Source of the DNA: Diaminobutyricimonas aerilata
GTDB taxonomy: Bacteria > Actinomycetota > Actinomycetes > Actinomycetales > Microbacteriaceae
Length of the DNA stretch: 32,000 nt
Reading direction: 5' to 3'
Assembly: GCF_002797715.1 (NCBI RefSeq)
Contig: NZ_PGFF01000001.1
Coordinates: 1,045,304 to 1,077,303, forward strand
The notes under the pieces were generated by a model. That model was not told where the DNA came from. It was given only the letters and a program-made list of their open reading frames with translations, and made no database searches. The position numbers and the translations under genes were made by a program. Shown here piece by piece: positions 9,950 through 17,349 of this stretch; positions within the stretch are counted from its first letter, which is position 1, and the number at the start of each line of letters is the position of its first letter.

Positions 9950-10023
9950 GCCCCCGTAGCCCAATCGGCAGAGGCAGGCGACTTAAAATCGCTTCAGTCA
10001 GGGTTCGAGTCCCTGCGGGGGCA
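9950..10023 (+). tRNA. tRNA with anticodon UAA (Leu by codon), 74 nt, Leu-type D-arm but only a 5-nt variable region
   Basis: Hand-folded cloverleaf:
- Acceptor: GCCCCCG/CGGGGGC (7 bp).
- D-arm: GCC-CAATCGGCAGA-GGC.
- Anticodon arm: GGCGA-CTTAAAA-TCGCT (G.T closing pair).
- Variable region: TCAGT.
- T-arm: CAGGG-TTCGAGT-CCCTG.
- Discriminator: A. No encoded CCA. Confidence 0.85.
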
Positions 10024-10062
10024 CCCGACAAGACGTCGCCGCCGGGTTCGGACTCGCGGCGC

Positions 10063-11007
10063 TCACGTCGTCGGGAAGGTCGTGCCCGTGAGCTGCTCCG
10101 AGGCCGTCCAGATCCGGGTCGCGTCGTCGGTCTTGCGGAGCGGCGCGTACAGCGCGGTGGCGGTCGGGGGACCGCCCAGACCGCCCGGCCCGCTCGGGCC
10201 GTAGAACACGCCGCCTCCCGCGCTCCGATCGGTCGCCGCCATGAGCGCGGGCAGTCCGGCGCTCTCTGCCGTGCCGACGAGGATGCGGCGCGCCGAGAGG
10301 GCGCGGATGATGCGGATGCCGGCGGTGTCGGAACTGCGGCCGAGCTCCGGGCGCGCGGCGAGCAGGTTGGTGGGCGCCACTCCGGGGTGCGAGAGGTTGC
10401 TCGAGATCCCCCACCCGTTCGCCCTGCTGCGGCGATCCAGCTCGAGCCCGAACAGTCCCATCGCGATCTTCGACTGGCTGTACGCGCGTTGGCCGTGATA
10501 GCCCCGTTCCCAGTTCAGGTCGTCCCAGCGGATGCGCCCGCGTCGGGCCGCGACGCTGATCTGCGAGGTCACGCGAGCCCGTCCGGCCCGCAGCAGCGGA
10601 AGGAGCTGGGCGACCAGCGCGAAATGTCCCAGGTGATTCGTTCCGAACTGCAGCTCGAACCCGTCCGCCGTGGCCTGCCTGACCGGGGGCGTCATGACGC
10701 CGGCGTTGTTGATGAGCACATGGATGGGTTCGGACTCCGCGCGCAGGCCGTCGGCGAGGGCCGCGACCGACTCGAGCGAGGAGAGGTCGAGCGACCGCAA
10801 CGAGACCCGCGCCTTCGGCACCGCCCGGCGGATGCGGGCGAGCGCATCCTCGCCCTTACGCGGATTGCGCACCGGCAGGATCAGCTCCGCACCGGCGGCG
10901 GCGAGTCGTTCGGCGATCCCGAGACCCATACCGTCGCTCGCCCCGGTGACGAGGGCCCGTTTCCCGTTCAAGTCCGGGATCGTGAGCCCGGGGTGTTCGC
11001 GTGGCAT
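10063..11007 (-). CDS. SDR family oxidoreductase
   Basis: 314 aa from the ATG at 11007. It has a Rossmann motif [10 protein letters not shown], an NNAG motif and the catalytic YSQSK (YxxxK). The rest of the 620-aa ORF upstream is non-coding read-through that overlaps the divergent regulator. Confidence 0.85.
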   Translation of the reverse strand: MPREHPGLTIPDLNGKRALVTGASDGMGLGIAERLAAAGAELILPVRNPRKGEDALARIRRAVPKARVSLRSLDLSSLESVAALADGLRAESEPIHVLINNAGVMTPPVRQATADGFELQFGTNHLGHFALVAQLLPLLRAGRARVTSQISVAARRGRIRWDDLNWERGYHGQRAYSQSKIAMGLFGLELDRRSRANGWGISSNLSHPGVAPTNLLAARPELGRSSDTAGIRIIRALSARRILVGTAESAGLPALMAATDRSAGGGVFYGPSGPGGLGGPPTATALYAPLRKTDDATRIWTASEQLTGTTFPTT

Positions 11008-11175
11008 CGTTCTGCTCCTTCTGTGGTGGATTCGGTCCACCGTCGCCCAACCGCACGATGCGAGCCACGGCCTCCCGATCCGCCCCTGGCAAGGGGGGAT
11101 CGTCGAGCCGTGGCTGACGTCGATCAGGCAGGGTAGAAACGGAACGGCACACGGAACGCGACGAGAGGGAGGGCG

Positions 11176-12015
11176 ATGATCGACCGCATCGGCCTGGCGG
11201 CGTTCCTCCGGCAGCGCCGTGAAGCACTCCAGCCCGAGGATGTGGGCCTCCCGCGCGGTTCCCGGCGACGGGCGACCGGGCTCCGCCGCGAAGAGGTGGC
11301 GGGACTGTGCCACATGTCCACCGACTACTACGCCCGTCTCGAGCGGGCGCGCGGTCCCCAGCCGTCGAACCAGATGCTCGCCTCCATCGCCCAGGGACTG
11401 CACCTCTCCCTCGCCGAACGCGACCACCTGTTCCGGCTCGCGGGTCACAATCCGCCGGCTCGGGGCGCGATGACCGAGCACATCAGTCCGGGCATGCTGC
11501 GCATCCTGGACCGTCTCGAAGACACTCCCGCCGAGATCGTCACCGAACTCGGCGAGACCCTGCGGCAGACGCCGCTCGGCGTCGCGCTCACGGGCGACAC
11601 CACCCGATTCACGGGGCCAGCCCGCAGCATCGGTTACCGGTGGTTCACCGATCCGGGCGCACGAGAGCTCTACGCGACGGAGGAGCATCCGTTCCTGTCG
11701 CGGATGTATGCATCCGGTCTCCGCGAGATCGCCACACTGCGCGGCCCCGACTCGCGAGCGGCCCACCTGGCGGAGCTGCTGCTCGCCGCGAGCGAAGAGT
11801 TCCGCACGCTGTGGAAGCAGCACGAGATCGGGTTGCGTCCGCACACGACCAAGCGCTTCGTGCATCCGGAGGTCGGCCCCCTCGAGCTCACCTGCCAGCG
11901 ACTGATCGACCCCGATCAGTCGCACTCGCTACTCGTCTACACGGCGATCCCGGGCACCGAGAGTCACGACCGTCTCCAGCTGCTCGCCGTTCTCGGACCC
12001 ACGGCGTTGCGCTGA
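11176..12015 (+). CDS. XRE-family HTH regulator with MmyB-like C-terminal domain
   Basis: N-terminal [16 protein letters not shown]...[29 protein letters not shown] is typical of MmyB-like regulators. It is divergent from an SDR gene, which is a common pairing. Confidence 0.8.
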   Translation: MIDRIGLAAFLRQRREALQPEDVGLPRGSRRRATGLRREEVAGLCHMSTDYYARLERARGPQPSNQMLASIAQGLHLSLAERDHLFRLAGHNPPARGAMTEHISPGMLRILDRLEDTPAEIVTELGETLRQTPLGVALTGDTTRFTGPARSIGYRWFTDPGARELYATEEHPFLSRMYASGLREIATLRGPDSRAAHLAELLLAASEEFRTLWKQHEIGLRPHTTKRFVHPEVGPLELTCQRLIDPDQSHSLLVYTAIPGTESHDRLQLLAVLGPTALR

Positions 12016-12026
12016 GCGGAGGCGGC

Positions 12027-12656
12027 TCAGTGTCCGTCGCCGGGGCCGTGCGTCGCGTCGGCGCGCATCTCGGGACAACCCTGGTCGATCGCCTCGGGGC
12101 GCAACTCGTAGTGCCACGGCTCGTTGCCGTAGATCTGGCAGAGGCCGTAGCGCGCGCCGAACTCCGACAGCCACAGGGTGCCCTCGAACGGTCCGACGTC
12201 GACGCCCGCGCCGGTCACGTGCGCGGACGTATCCGGAGTGGCGACCCAGCGCGCGGCCTCCTCCGCGGAGCCGTACTTCACGATGGCGTCGCGCATCAGC
12301 TGCTCCTGGTGCTCGCGCGACCGCCAGCCGCTGTTGATGACGATGTCGACCCCGTCGACGGCGGCGGCCGTCGTCGCCTCCTGCAGCGCGCTCAGCAGGT
12401 CGGGCTCGAGCCGGTCGACGCCGGGGTAGCCCTCGTCGAACGCGGTGACCCCCTCGGGCAGGCCGCCCTGTTCGACCGACGTGGCATCCGGGCCGAGCGC
12501 GATGTCGGTCGGCGAGCCCGTCGACGGGCTCGCCGTCGAGGTGGCCGACTGATGGATGGCGATCCCGAGCACCGTCGCGACCGCCCCGACCAGTACGACG
12601 GCCAGCATCCTCAGGGCGGTACGGGACAGGGAGGCGGATGACGTGGTTCGACTCAT
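12027..12656 (-). CDS. vanY: VanY-type D-alanyl-D-alanine carboxypeptidase (M15B)
   Basis: 209 aa from the ATG at 12656. It has an N-terminal TM anchor and the motifs SGWRSREHQ, SAHVTGAGVDV (SxHxxGxAxD) and EPWHYE (ExxH). It is adjacent to vanRS. Confidence 0.8.
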   Translation of the reverse strand: MSRTTSSASLSRTALRMLAVVLVGAVATVLGIAIHQSATSTASPSTGSPTDIALGPDATSVEQGGLPEGVTAFDEGYPGVDRLEPDLLSALQEATTAAAVDGVDIVINSGWRSREHQEQLMRDAIVKYGSAEEAARWVATPDTSAHVTGAGVDVGPFEGTLWLSEFGARYGLCQIYGNEPWHYELRPEAIDQGCPEMRADATHGPGDGH

Positions 12657-12743
12657 GGATCCAGTCCACCGAGCAGCACGTTGCCCGGTCGTATGCGGTT
12701 TCGGATACGACGGCGATATGCGCGGCCTCGTAGCATCGACCAC
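12657..12743. promoter_or_regulatory. divergent vanY / vanR control region with putative VanR box
   Basis: The core 12680-12721 matches 17261-17302 upstream of vanH at 35 of 42 positions with no gaps. Direct repeats GATACG (12704) and GATATG (12715) are 11 nt apart, and there is also GTATGCG (12691). A TAGCAT -10-like hexamer (12731-12736) lies 7 nt before the vanR ATG, which suggests a near-leaderless transcript. Confidence 0.55.
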
Positions 12744-13433
12744 ATGCGCGTGCTGGTCGTCGAGGATGAGCCGTTCATGGCGGAAGCCATCCGCGACGGA
12801 CTCCGCCTGCAGGCGATCGCCGCGGACATCGCCGGCGACGGGGACACCGCCCTCGAACTGCTGAGCATCAACGACTACGACATCGCGGTGCTCGACCGTG
12901 ACATCCCCGGTCCGTCCGGCGACGAGGTCGCCGCGAGCATCGTCGACTCCGGCAGCGGGATGCCCATCCTCATGCTCACCGCGGCCGACCGGCTCGACGA
13001 CAAGACGTCGGGGTTCGAGCTCGGCGCCGACGACTACCTGACGAAGCCGTTCGAATTGCAGGAGCTCGTGCTGCGACTGCGGGCGCTCGACCGCCGACGC
13101 GCGCACAACCGCCCACCCGTGCGCGAGCTCGCCGGTCTGCGGGTCGACCCCTTCCGGCGGGAGGTGTACCGCGACGGGCGCTACGTTCCGCTCACCCGCA
13201 AGCAGTTCGCCGTGCTCGAGGTGCTCGTCGCCGCGGAAGGCGGGGTCGTGAGCGCGGAGGAGCTGCTGGAGCGGGCGTGGGACGAGAACGCGGACCCGTT
13301 CACGAACGCCGTGCGGATCACCGTCTCCGCGCTGCGCAAGCGACTCGGCGAACCGTGGGTCATCGCCACCGTGCCCGGTGTGGGCTACCGCATCGACACG
13401 GGGCCGGGAGGAGCCGATGATGCCCGACGCTAG
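12744..13433 (+). CDS. vanR: OmpR/PhoB-family response regulator, VanR-like
   Basis: Receiver domain (MRVLVVEDEP...DIAVLDRDIPG...) followed by a winged-helix output domain (LTRKQFAVLEVL...VPGVGYRI). It is followed by an overlapping histidine kinase gene. Confidence 0.85.
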   Translation: MRVLVVEDEPFMAEAIRDGLRLQAIAADIAGDGDTALELLSINDYDIAVLDRDIPGPSGDEVAASIVDSGSGMPILMLTAADRLDDKTSGFELGADDYLTKPFELQELVLRLRALDRRRAHNRPPVRELAGLRVDPFRREVYRDGRYVPLTRKQFAVLEVLVAAEGGVVSAEELLERAWDENADPFTNAVRITVSALRKRLGEPWVIATVPGVGYRIDTGPGGADDARR

Positions 13434-14541
13434 GAAGCCGGGACCGAGCGTGCGCCTGAAGTTCGCCCTCAGCTACGCGGCCGTCATCCTGCTCACCGGT
13501 CTGCTGCTGCTCGCCGTGGTGTGGCTGTTCCTGCTGCGCTACGTGCCCGAGCAGATCTACATCCCGACCGGGGAGCCGGACGGTGGTCCGAGTCCGGTGT
13601 TCGTGCCCAACCAATCCGATCTCGCACGCGCCTTCGCGCCGCCCGCTGCAGCGGTCATGGGTGCCCTGCTGATCATCGGGCTCGTCGGGGGGTGGTTCCT
13701 CGCCGGCAGCATGCTCGCGCCGCTGCGGCGCATCACGGATGCTACGCGCCTGGCGGCGGGCGCCTCGCTGTCGCACCGCATCCACCTCGAGGGGCGCCGC
13801 GACGAATTCCGCGAGCTCGCCGACTCGTTCGACACGATGCTCGCGCGACTCGAAGCGCACAACGCCGAGCAGCAGAGGTTCGCCGCGAACGCGTCGCACG
13901 AGCTGCGCACCCCGCTGGCGATCACGCAGACGCTCCTCGACGTCGCGCGCGACGACCCGGACCGTGACAACGGCGAACTCGTCGAACGCCTCCGTGTCGT
14001 CAACGGCCGTGCGATCGAGCTGACCGAGGCGCTCCTGCTGCTGAGCCGCGCCGACCAGCGGTCGTTCACCCGCAGACCGGTCGACCTCTCCCTCATCGCG
14101 GAGGAGGCGACCGAGACGCTGCTTCCGCTGGCCGAGAAGCGCGGCGTCACCATCGAGACCTCCGGAGAGGTCGCAGTGACCATCGGCTCGTACGCCCTGT
14201 TGCTGCAGCTGACGACGAACCTCGTGCACAACGCGATCGTGCACAACGTGCGGGAGGGCGGCACCGTGCGGGTGTCCACGGGAGCGCGCGGCTTCGCCGT
14301 CGAGCTCACGGTCGAGAACTCGGGCGAGCGGCTCCCGCCCGACCTGGTCTCGACGCTGATCGAGCCGTTCCAGCGCGGCACGGACCGCATCCGCTCGGAT
14401 CACGCCGGCGTCGGTCTCGGGCTGGCGATCGTGAAGAGCATCGCGCAGGCCCACGACGGAACCCTCGAACTGACCGCCCGCGAGGCCGGAGGCCTGCGTG
14501 TCACCGTGCGACTGCCCGTCGCGCCTCCGGACGCGAACTGA
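13417..14541 (+). CDS. vanS: sensor histidine kinase, VanS-like
   Basis: Two N-terminal TM segments flank an extracytoplasmic loop of about 35 aa. It has a HAMP-like region, an H-box (FAANASHELRTPL), an N-box (LVHNAIVHN) and a G-box (GVGLGLAIV). The start overlaps the vanR 3' end by 17 nt. Confidence 0.85.
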   Translation: MMPDARKPGPSVRLKFALSYAAVILLTGLLLLAVVWLFLLRYVPEQIYIPTGEPDGGPSPVFVPNQSDLARAFAPPAAAVMGALLIIGLVGGWFLAGSMLAPLRRITDATRLAAGASLSHRIHLEGRRDEFRELADSFDTMLARLEAHNAEQQRFAANASHELRTPLAITQTLLDVARDDPDRDNGELVERLRVVNGRAIELTEALLLLSRADQRSFTRRPVDLSLIAEEATETLLPLAEKRGVTIETSGEVAVTIGSYALLLQLTTNLVHNAIVHNVREGGTVRVSTGARGFAVELTVENSGERLPPDLVSTLIEPFQRGTDRIRSDHAGVGLGLAIVKSIAQAHDGTLELTAREAGGLRVTVRLPVAPPDAN

Positions 14542-15169
14542 GCAGCGACTCCGCCATCCGGCTCGTGATCGGCACGTCGAAGTAGGTGTCGGGATACGGC
14601 TCGTCGCGCAGCGTGTAGTGCCACCACTCGCGGTCGTAGGCGTCGAAGCCGGCAGCGTCCATGACGGTGCGGAGCACCCTCCGGTTGCGCTCCTCGGCGG
14701 GGGTGAGCCCGTGCGCTCCGTGATGCGAACGCGGATCCATCAGGTCGTGGTCGCCGCCCATCGCGGCGAGCTCCCCGGTGCCGAGGTCGAACAGCGTCAG
14801 GTCGACCGTGCTGCCGCGGCTGTGCCCCGACCTCGCGGCGACGTAGCCCTGCTCGAACATCTCGGCCCGGGAGATGTTCGGGTAGTGGCGCCGCTTCGTG
14901 CGCCCGTCCTCCGGCTCGCGCGACCAGCGCAGGAAGCGGTCGACGGCTCGCTGCGGGCGGTACCCGTCCCACAACAGCAGGCCGCGTCCGTGGGCGGCGG
15001 CTGCCTCGGATGCTCGCTCGAGGGCGGCGCAGAGCTCACGCGTGCCCATGATGCGATTGGCGTGGTAGCCGTCCACCGGACCGCCGGTGAAGTTGTCCCA
15101 CGTGGCGTACTTCGCATCCCAGCGGATGCCGGGGACGAACTCGTCGACGTGCACCAGCTCGCCGCTCAC
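14501..15169 (-). CDS. vanX: D-Ala-D-Ala dipeptidase VanX
   Basis: Close to the enterococcal VanX as I recall it (IRWDAKYATWDNFTG.PVDGY, LLLWDGYRP.RAV, SGHSRGSTVDLTL, EWWHYTLRDEPYP). The GTG start overlaps the ligase stop (GTGA). It has a C-terminal tail of about 20 aa beyond the canonical end. Confidence 0.9.
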   Translation of the reverse strand: MSGELVHVDEFVPGIRWDAKYATWDNFTGGPVDGYHANRIMGTRELCAALERASEAAAAHGRGLLLWDGYRPQRAVDRFLRWSREPEDGRTKRRHYPNISRAEMFEQGYVAARSGHSRGSTVDLTLFDLGTGELAAMGGDHDLMDPRSHHGAHGLTPAEERNRRVLRTVMDAAGFDAYDREWWHYTLRDEPYPDTYFDVPITSRMAESLLSSRPEARRAVAR

Positions 15170-16206
15170 CGCCGGCTCCCCGCCATCGCCGCCGACGCGG
15201 CCCGGTCGATCACGTCGGCGAGCGACATCCCGGCGGCGGCCATCATCCGCGGGTAGCGGCTGTACGACGTCAGTCCCGGCAGCGTGTTGACCTCGTTGAG
15301 CATCACGGTGCCCGCGTCGGTGAGGAACATGTCCACGCGTGCGAGCCCCCGACAGCCGAGGGTGCGGTAGATCGCCACCGCCGTGTCCCGCACGCGGGCG
15401 CGGGTCGTCGCCGGGATGTCGGCCGGCACGATCGGCGTCGAGTTCTCCGACCCGCTCTCCGGCGCATCCTCCTGGTGGATCCGGAAGAACCCGTGCGAGA
15501 GGGCGATCCGGTCCACCTCCCCGACGACGAGGTCGGGGTCGTCACCCAGGATCGCGCATCCGACCTCGATGCCGACGACCGCTTCCTCGATGAGCACCTT
15601 CGAGTCGTACTGTCGCGCGGTCGCCACGGCCGCGGCGAGCCCCTCGCCGCGGGTGACCTTGCTGACGCCGAACGACGAGCCGGAGCGGGCGGGCTTCACG
15701 AACACCGGATAGGCGAACACGTCGGGGTCGACTTCTTCGCCGGCGGTGACGATCGAGAACGTCGGGGTCGGGATGCCCGCGGCGCCGGCCACGGTGTAGG
15801 CGAGTGCCTTGTCCATGCAGAGTGCCGAGCCCGGCACGTCGCACCCGATGTAGGGGATGCCGGAGAGCTCGAGCAGCCCCTGGACCGCGCCGTCTTCACC
15901 GTGGCGGCCGTGCAGCACCGGGAACACGAGGTCGAGCCGAACGGTCTCGTGCGTTGCTCCGTCGAGGACGAGCAGCCCGTGCGTCTCCGGGTCGGGGGAG
16001 AGCACCACCGGGCGTGAGTCCCCGTCCTCCCATCCCGCGGCGGGGCGGTCGCACCACCGCCAGGCGCCGTCCCGGGTGATGCCGAGGTAGATCGGCTCGT
16101 ACCGCTCGGGGTCGAGGTTCTCGGCGACCTCGATCGCCGACTTGACGGAGATGGGGTGTTCTTCGGATGCGCCTCCGAACAGCACTCCGATCCTGATTCT
16201 GTTCAC
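15166..16206 (-). CDS. vanA: D-alanine--(R)-lactate ligase, VanA/VanB-type
   Basis: Strong resemblance to VanA (FVKPARSGSSFGVSKV, ARQYDSKVLIEE, GFFRIHQE....GSEN, LGCRGLARVDMFL, NEVNTLPGLTSYSRYPRMMAAAG). It sits between vanH and vanX with 4-nt overlaps. The allele type is not determinable by eye. Confidence 0.9.
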   Translation of the reverse strand: MNRIRIGVLFGGASEEHPISVKSAIEVAENLDPERYEPIYLGITRDGAWRWCDRPAAGWEDGDSRPVVLSPDPETHGLLVLDGATHETVRLDLVFPVLHGRHGEDGAVQGLLELSGIPYIGCDVPGSALCMDKALAYTVAGAAGIPTPTFSIVTAGEEVDPDVFAYPVFVKPARSGSSFGVSKVTRGEGLAAAVATARQYDSKVLIEEAVVGIEVGCAILGDDPDLVVGEVDRIALSHGFFRIHQEDAPESGSENSTPIVPADIPATTRARVRDTAVAIYRTLGCRGLARVDMFLTDAGTVMLNEVNTLPGLTSYSRYPRMMAAAGMSLADVIDRAASAAMAGSRR

Positions 16207-17237
16207 CGGTGTTCCCGTCCTTCGAATCGCAGGCAGTTGATGATGGTGTTGGCGACCGTGTCGGTCAGCGCGTGGTCGGTGTGGAACGCGACGTGCGGGG
16301 TGACGACCACGTTCGGCAGCGCCTGCAAGCGCGCCAACGGCGTATCGGCCGGCATCCTCCCGCGCAGGTCGACGTAGAACACGCCCTCCTCGCCCTCGAC
16401 CACATCGAGTGCCGCACCGCCCAATCGGCCCCGTTCGAGCGCCGCGATCAGGGCCTCGGTGTCGACGAGAGGGCCGCGGGCCGTGTTGACCACGAAGGCC
16501 CCGCGCTTCAGACGCCGGATGCGCTCGGCATCGAGCAGATGATGCGTCGCCGCCGTGAGCGGGATGTGCAGGGTCACGATGTCGCTGCGTTCCAGCAGTT
16601 CGTCGAGGGTGTCGCGCGCGTCGGAGTTCCGGTCGCGCAGGTCATAGGTGAGGATGCGGCAGCCGAAGGCGCGCAGGCGGGTGATCACCGCCGTGCCGAT
16701 GCGACCGGTTCCGACCACCCCGACGGTGAGGTCGCGGAGTTCACGACCCCGCATCCCGTGCAGTCGGTAGTCGTGCTCGTCGACGCCGCGCAGGACGGGC
16801 CTGGCGTGCCGCACCGCCATGAGCATGAGCATGAGGGTGTGATCGGCCACGCTGTCGGGGGAGTAGGCCACGTTCTCGACGCGGATCCCGAGCCGGTGCG
16901 CGTGTTCGACGGCGATGTGGTCGTACCCGGCGCTCCGCGTCGAGATGTAGGCGACGCCGGCTCGGCTCAACGCGTCGAGGACCGGCTCGGTGACGCGCGT
17001 CTTGTGTCCCACGCTGATGCAGCGGTGTCCCGACGCGAGGGCGACCGTGTGCTCGCTGAGCGGCGATGCGGTGATGGTCGGCTCGAGGCCGAGCCGCGGC
17101 GCGAGCTCCCGGAACAGCGCGGCCTCGTCCGGCGCGCAGCCGTACACCGTCATCCCGATTGTCGTGCCGGGCTCGGGAACGGCTGCGTCCGGCACGCGGC
17201 CGGGTGCGGCGGGCGGCGCGGTGTCGCTGTGGATCAT
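16203..17237 (-). CDS. vanH: D-lactate dehydrogenase VanH (D-isomer-specific 2-hydroxyacid dehydrogenase)
   Basis: VanH-like sequence: MTVYGCAPDEAALF, ISVGHKT, YSPDSVADHTLMLML, the NAD motif GVVGTGRIGTAV, and VVTPHVAF. I chose the ATG at 17237 because the CATGG plus upstream region aligns without gaps to the vanY start region. An alternative ATG is at 17153. Confidence 0.85.
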   Translation of the reverse strand: MIHSDTAPPAAPGRVPDAAVPEPGTTIGMTVYGCAPDEAALFRELAPRLGLEPTITASPLSEHTVALASGHRCISVGHKTRVTEPVLDALSRAGVAYISTRSAGYDHIAVEHAHRLGIRVENVAYSPDSVADHTLMLMLMAVRHARPVLRGVDEHDYRLHGMRGRELRDLTVGVVGTGRIGTAVITRLRAFGCRILTYDLRDRNSDARDTLDELLERSDIVTLHIPLTAATHHLLDAERIRRLKRGAFVVNTARGPLVDTEALIAALERGRLGGAALDVVEGEEGVFYVDLRGRMPADTPLARLQALPNVVVTPHVAFHTDHALTDTVANTIINCLRFEGREHR

Positions 17238-17349
17238 GGCCCCAGTCAAGGCAGGGCGATGTTGCCCCGATGTATGCGATTCCCGATACGCCGGCGATAT
17301 GCTCCCGCCAGGTGATGGCAGCTCGAGCGACGACGCGGAGGGCAGACGG
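17238..17349. promoter_or_regulatory. vanH control region with second copy of the putative VanR box
   Basis: 17261-17302 is the second copy of the 42-nt core (35/42 identical to 12680-12721). It starts 23 nt from the vanH start codon, the same distance as the first copy from vanY. A shared CCAGTC motif lies next to both start codons. Confidence 0.55.

Noticed and set aside
9557-9964. ORFs 9656-9850 (+) and 9557-9964 (-) in the ndh-tRNA spacer
   Set aside because: The translations are Pro/Arg/Ala-rich with no RBS. The region is better explained by the terminator hairpin, the 31-nt tandem repeats and the nested inverted repeat. One of the ORFs also runs into the tRNA gene.
11008-11925. N-terminal 306 aa of the 620-aa minus-strand ORF 10063-11925 as part of the SDR gene
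   Set aside because: The SDR Rossmann motif begins about 20 aa after the ATG at 11007, as expected for a complete SDR. The upstream part is antisense to the well-supported MmyB-like regulator gene and crosses the structured intergenic region.
17153-17237. Shorter vanH start at ATG 17153 (MTVYGC...)
   Set aside because: It remains possible. However, the region around ATG 17237 aligns without gaps with the vanY start region (CATGG..CCAGTC plus the box at the same distance). Actinomycete VanH proteins I recall also carry an N-terminal extension before the ITVYGC motif. I therefore preferred 17237.
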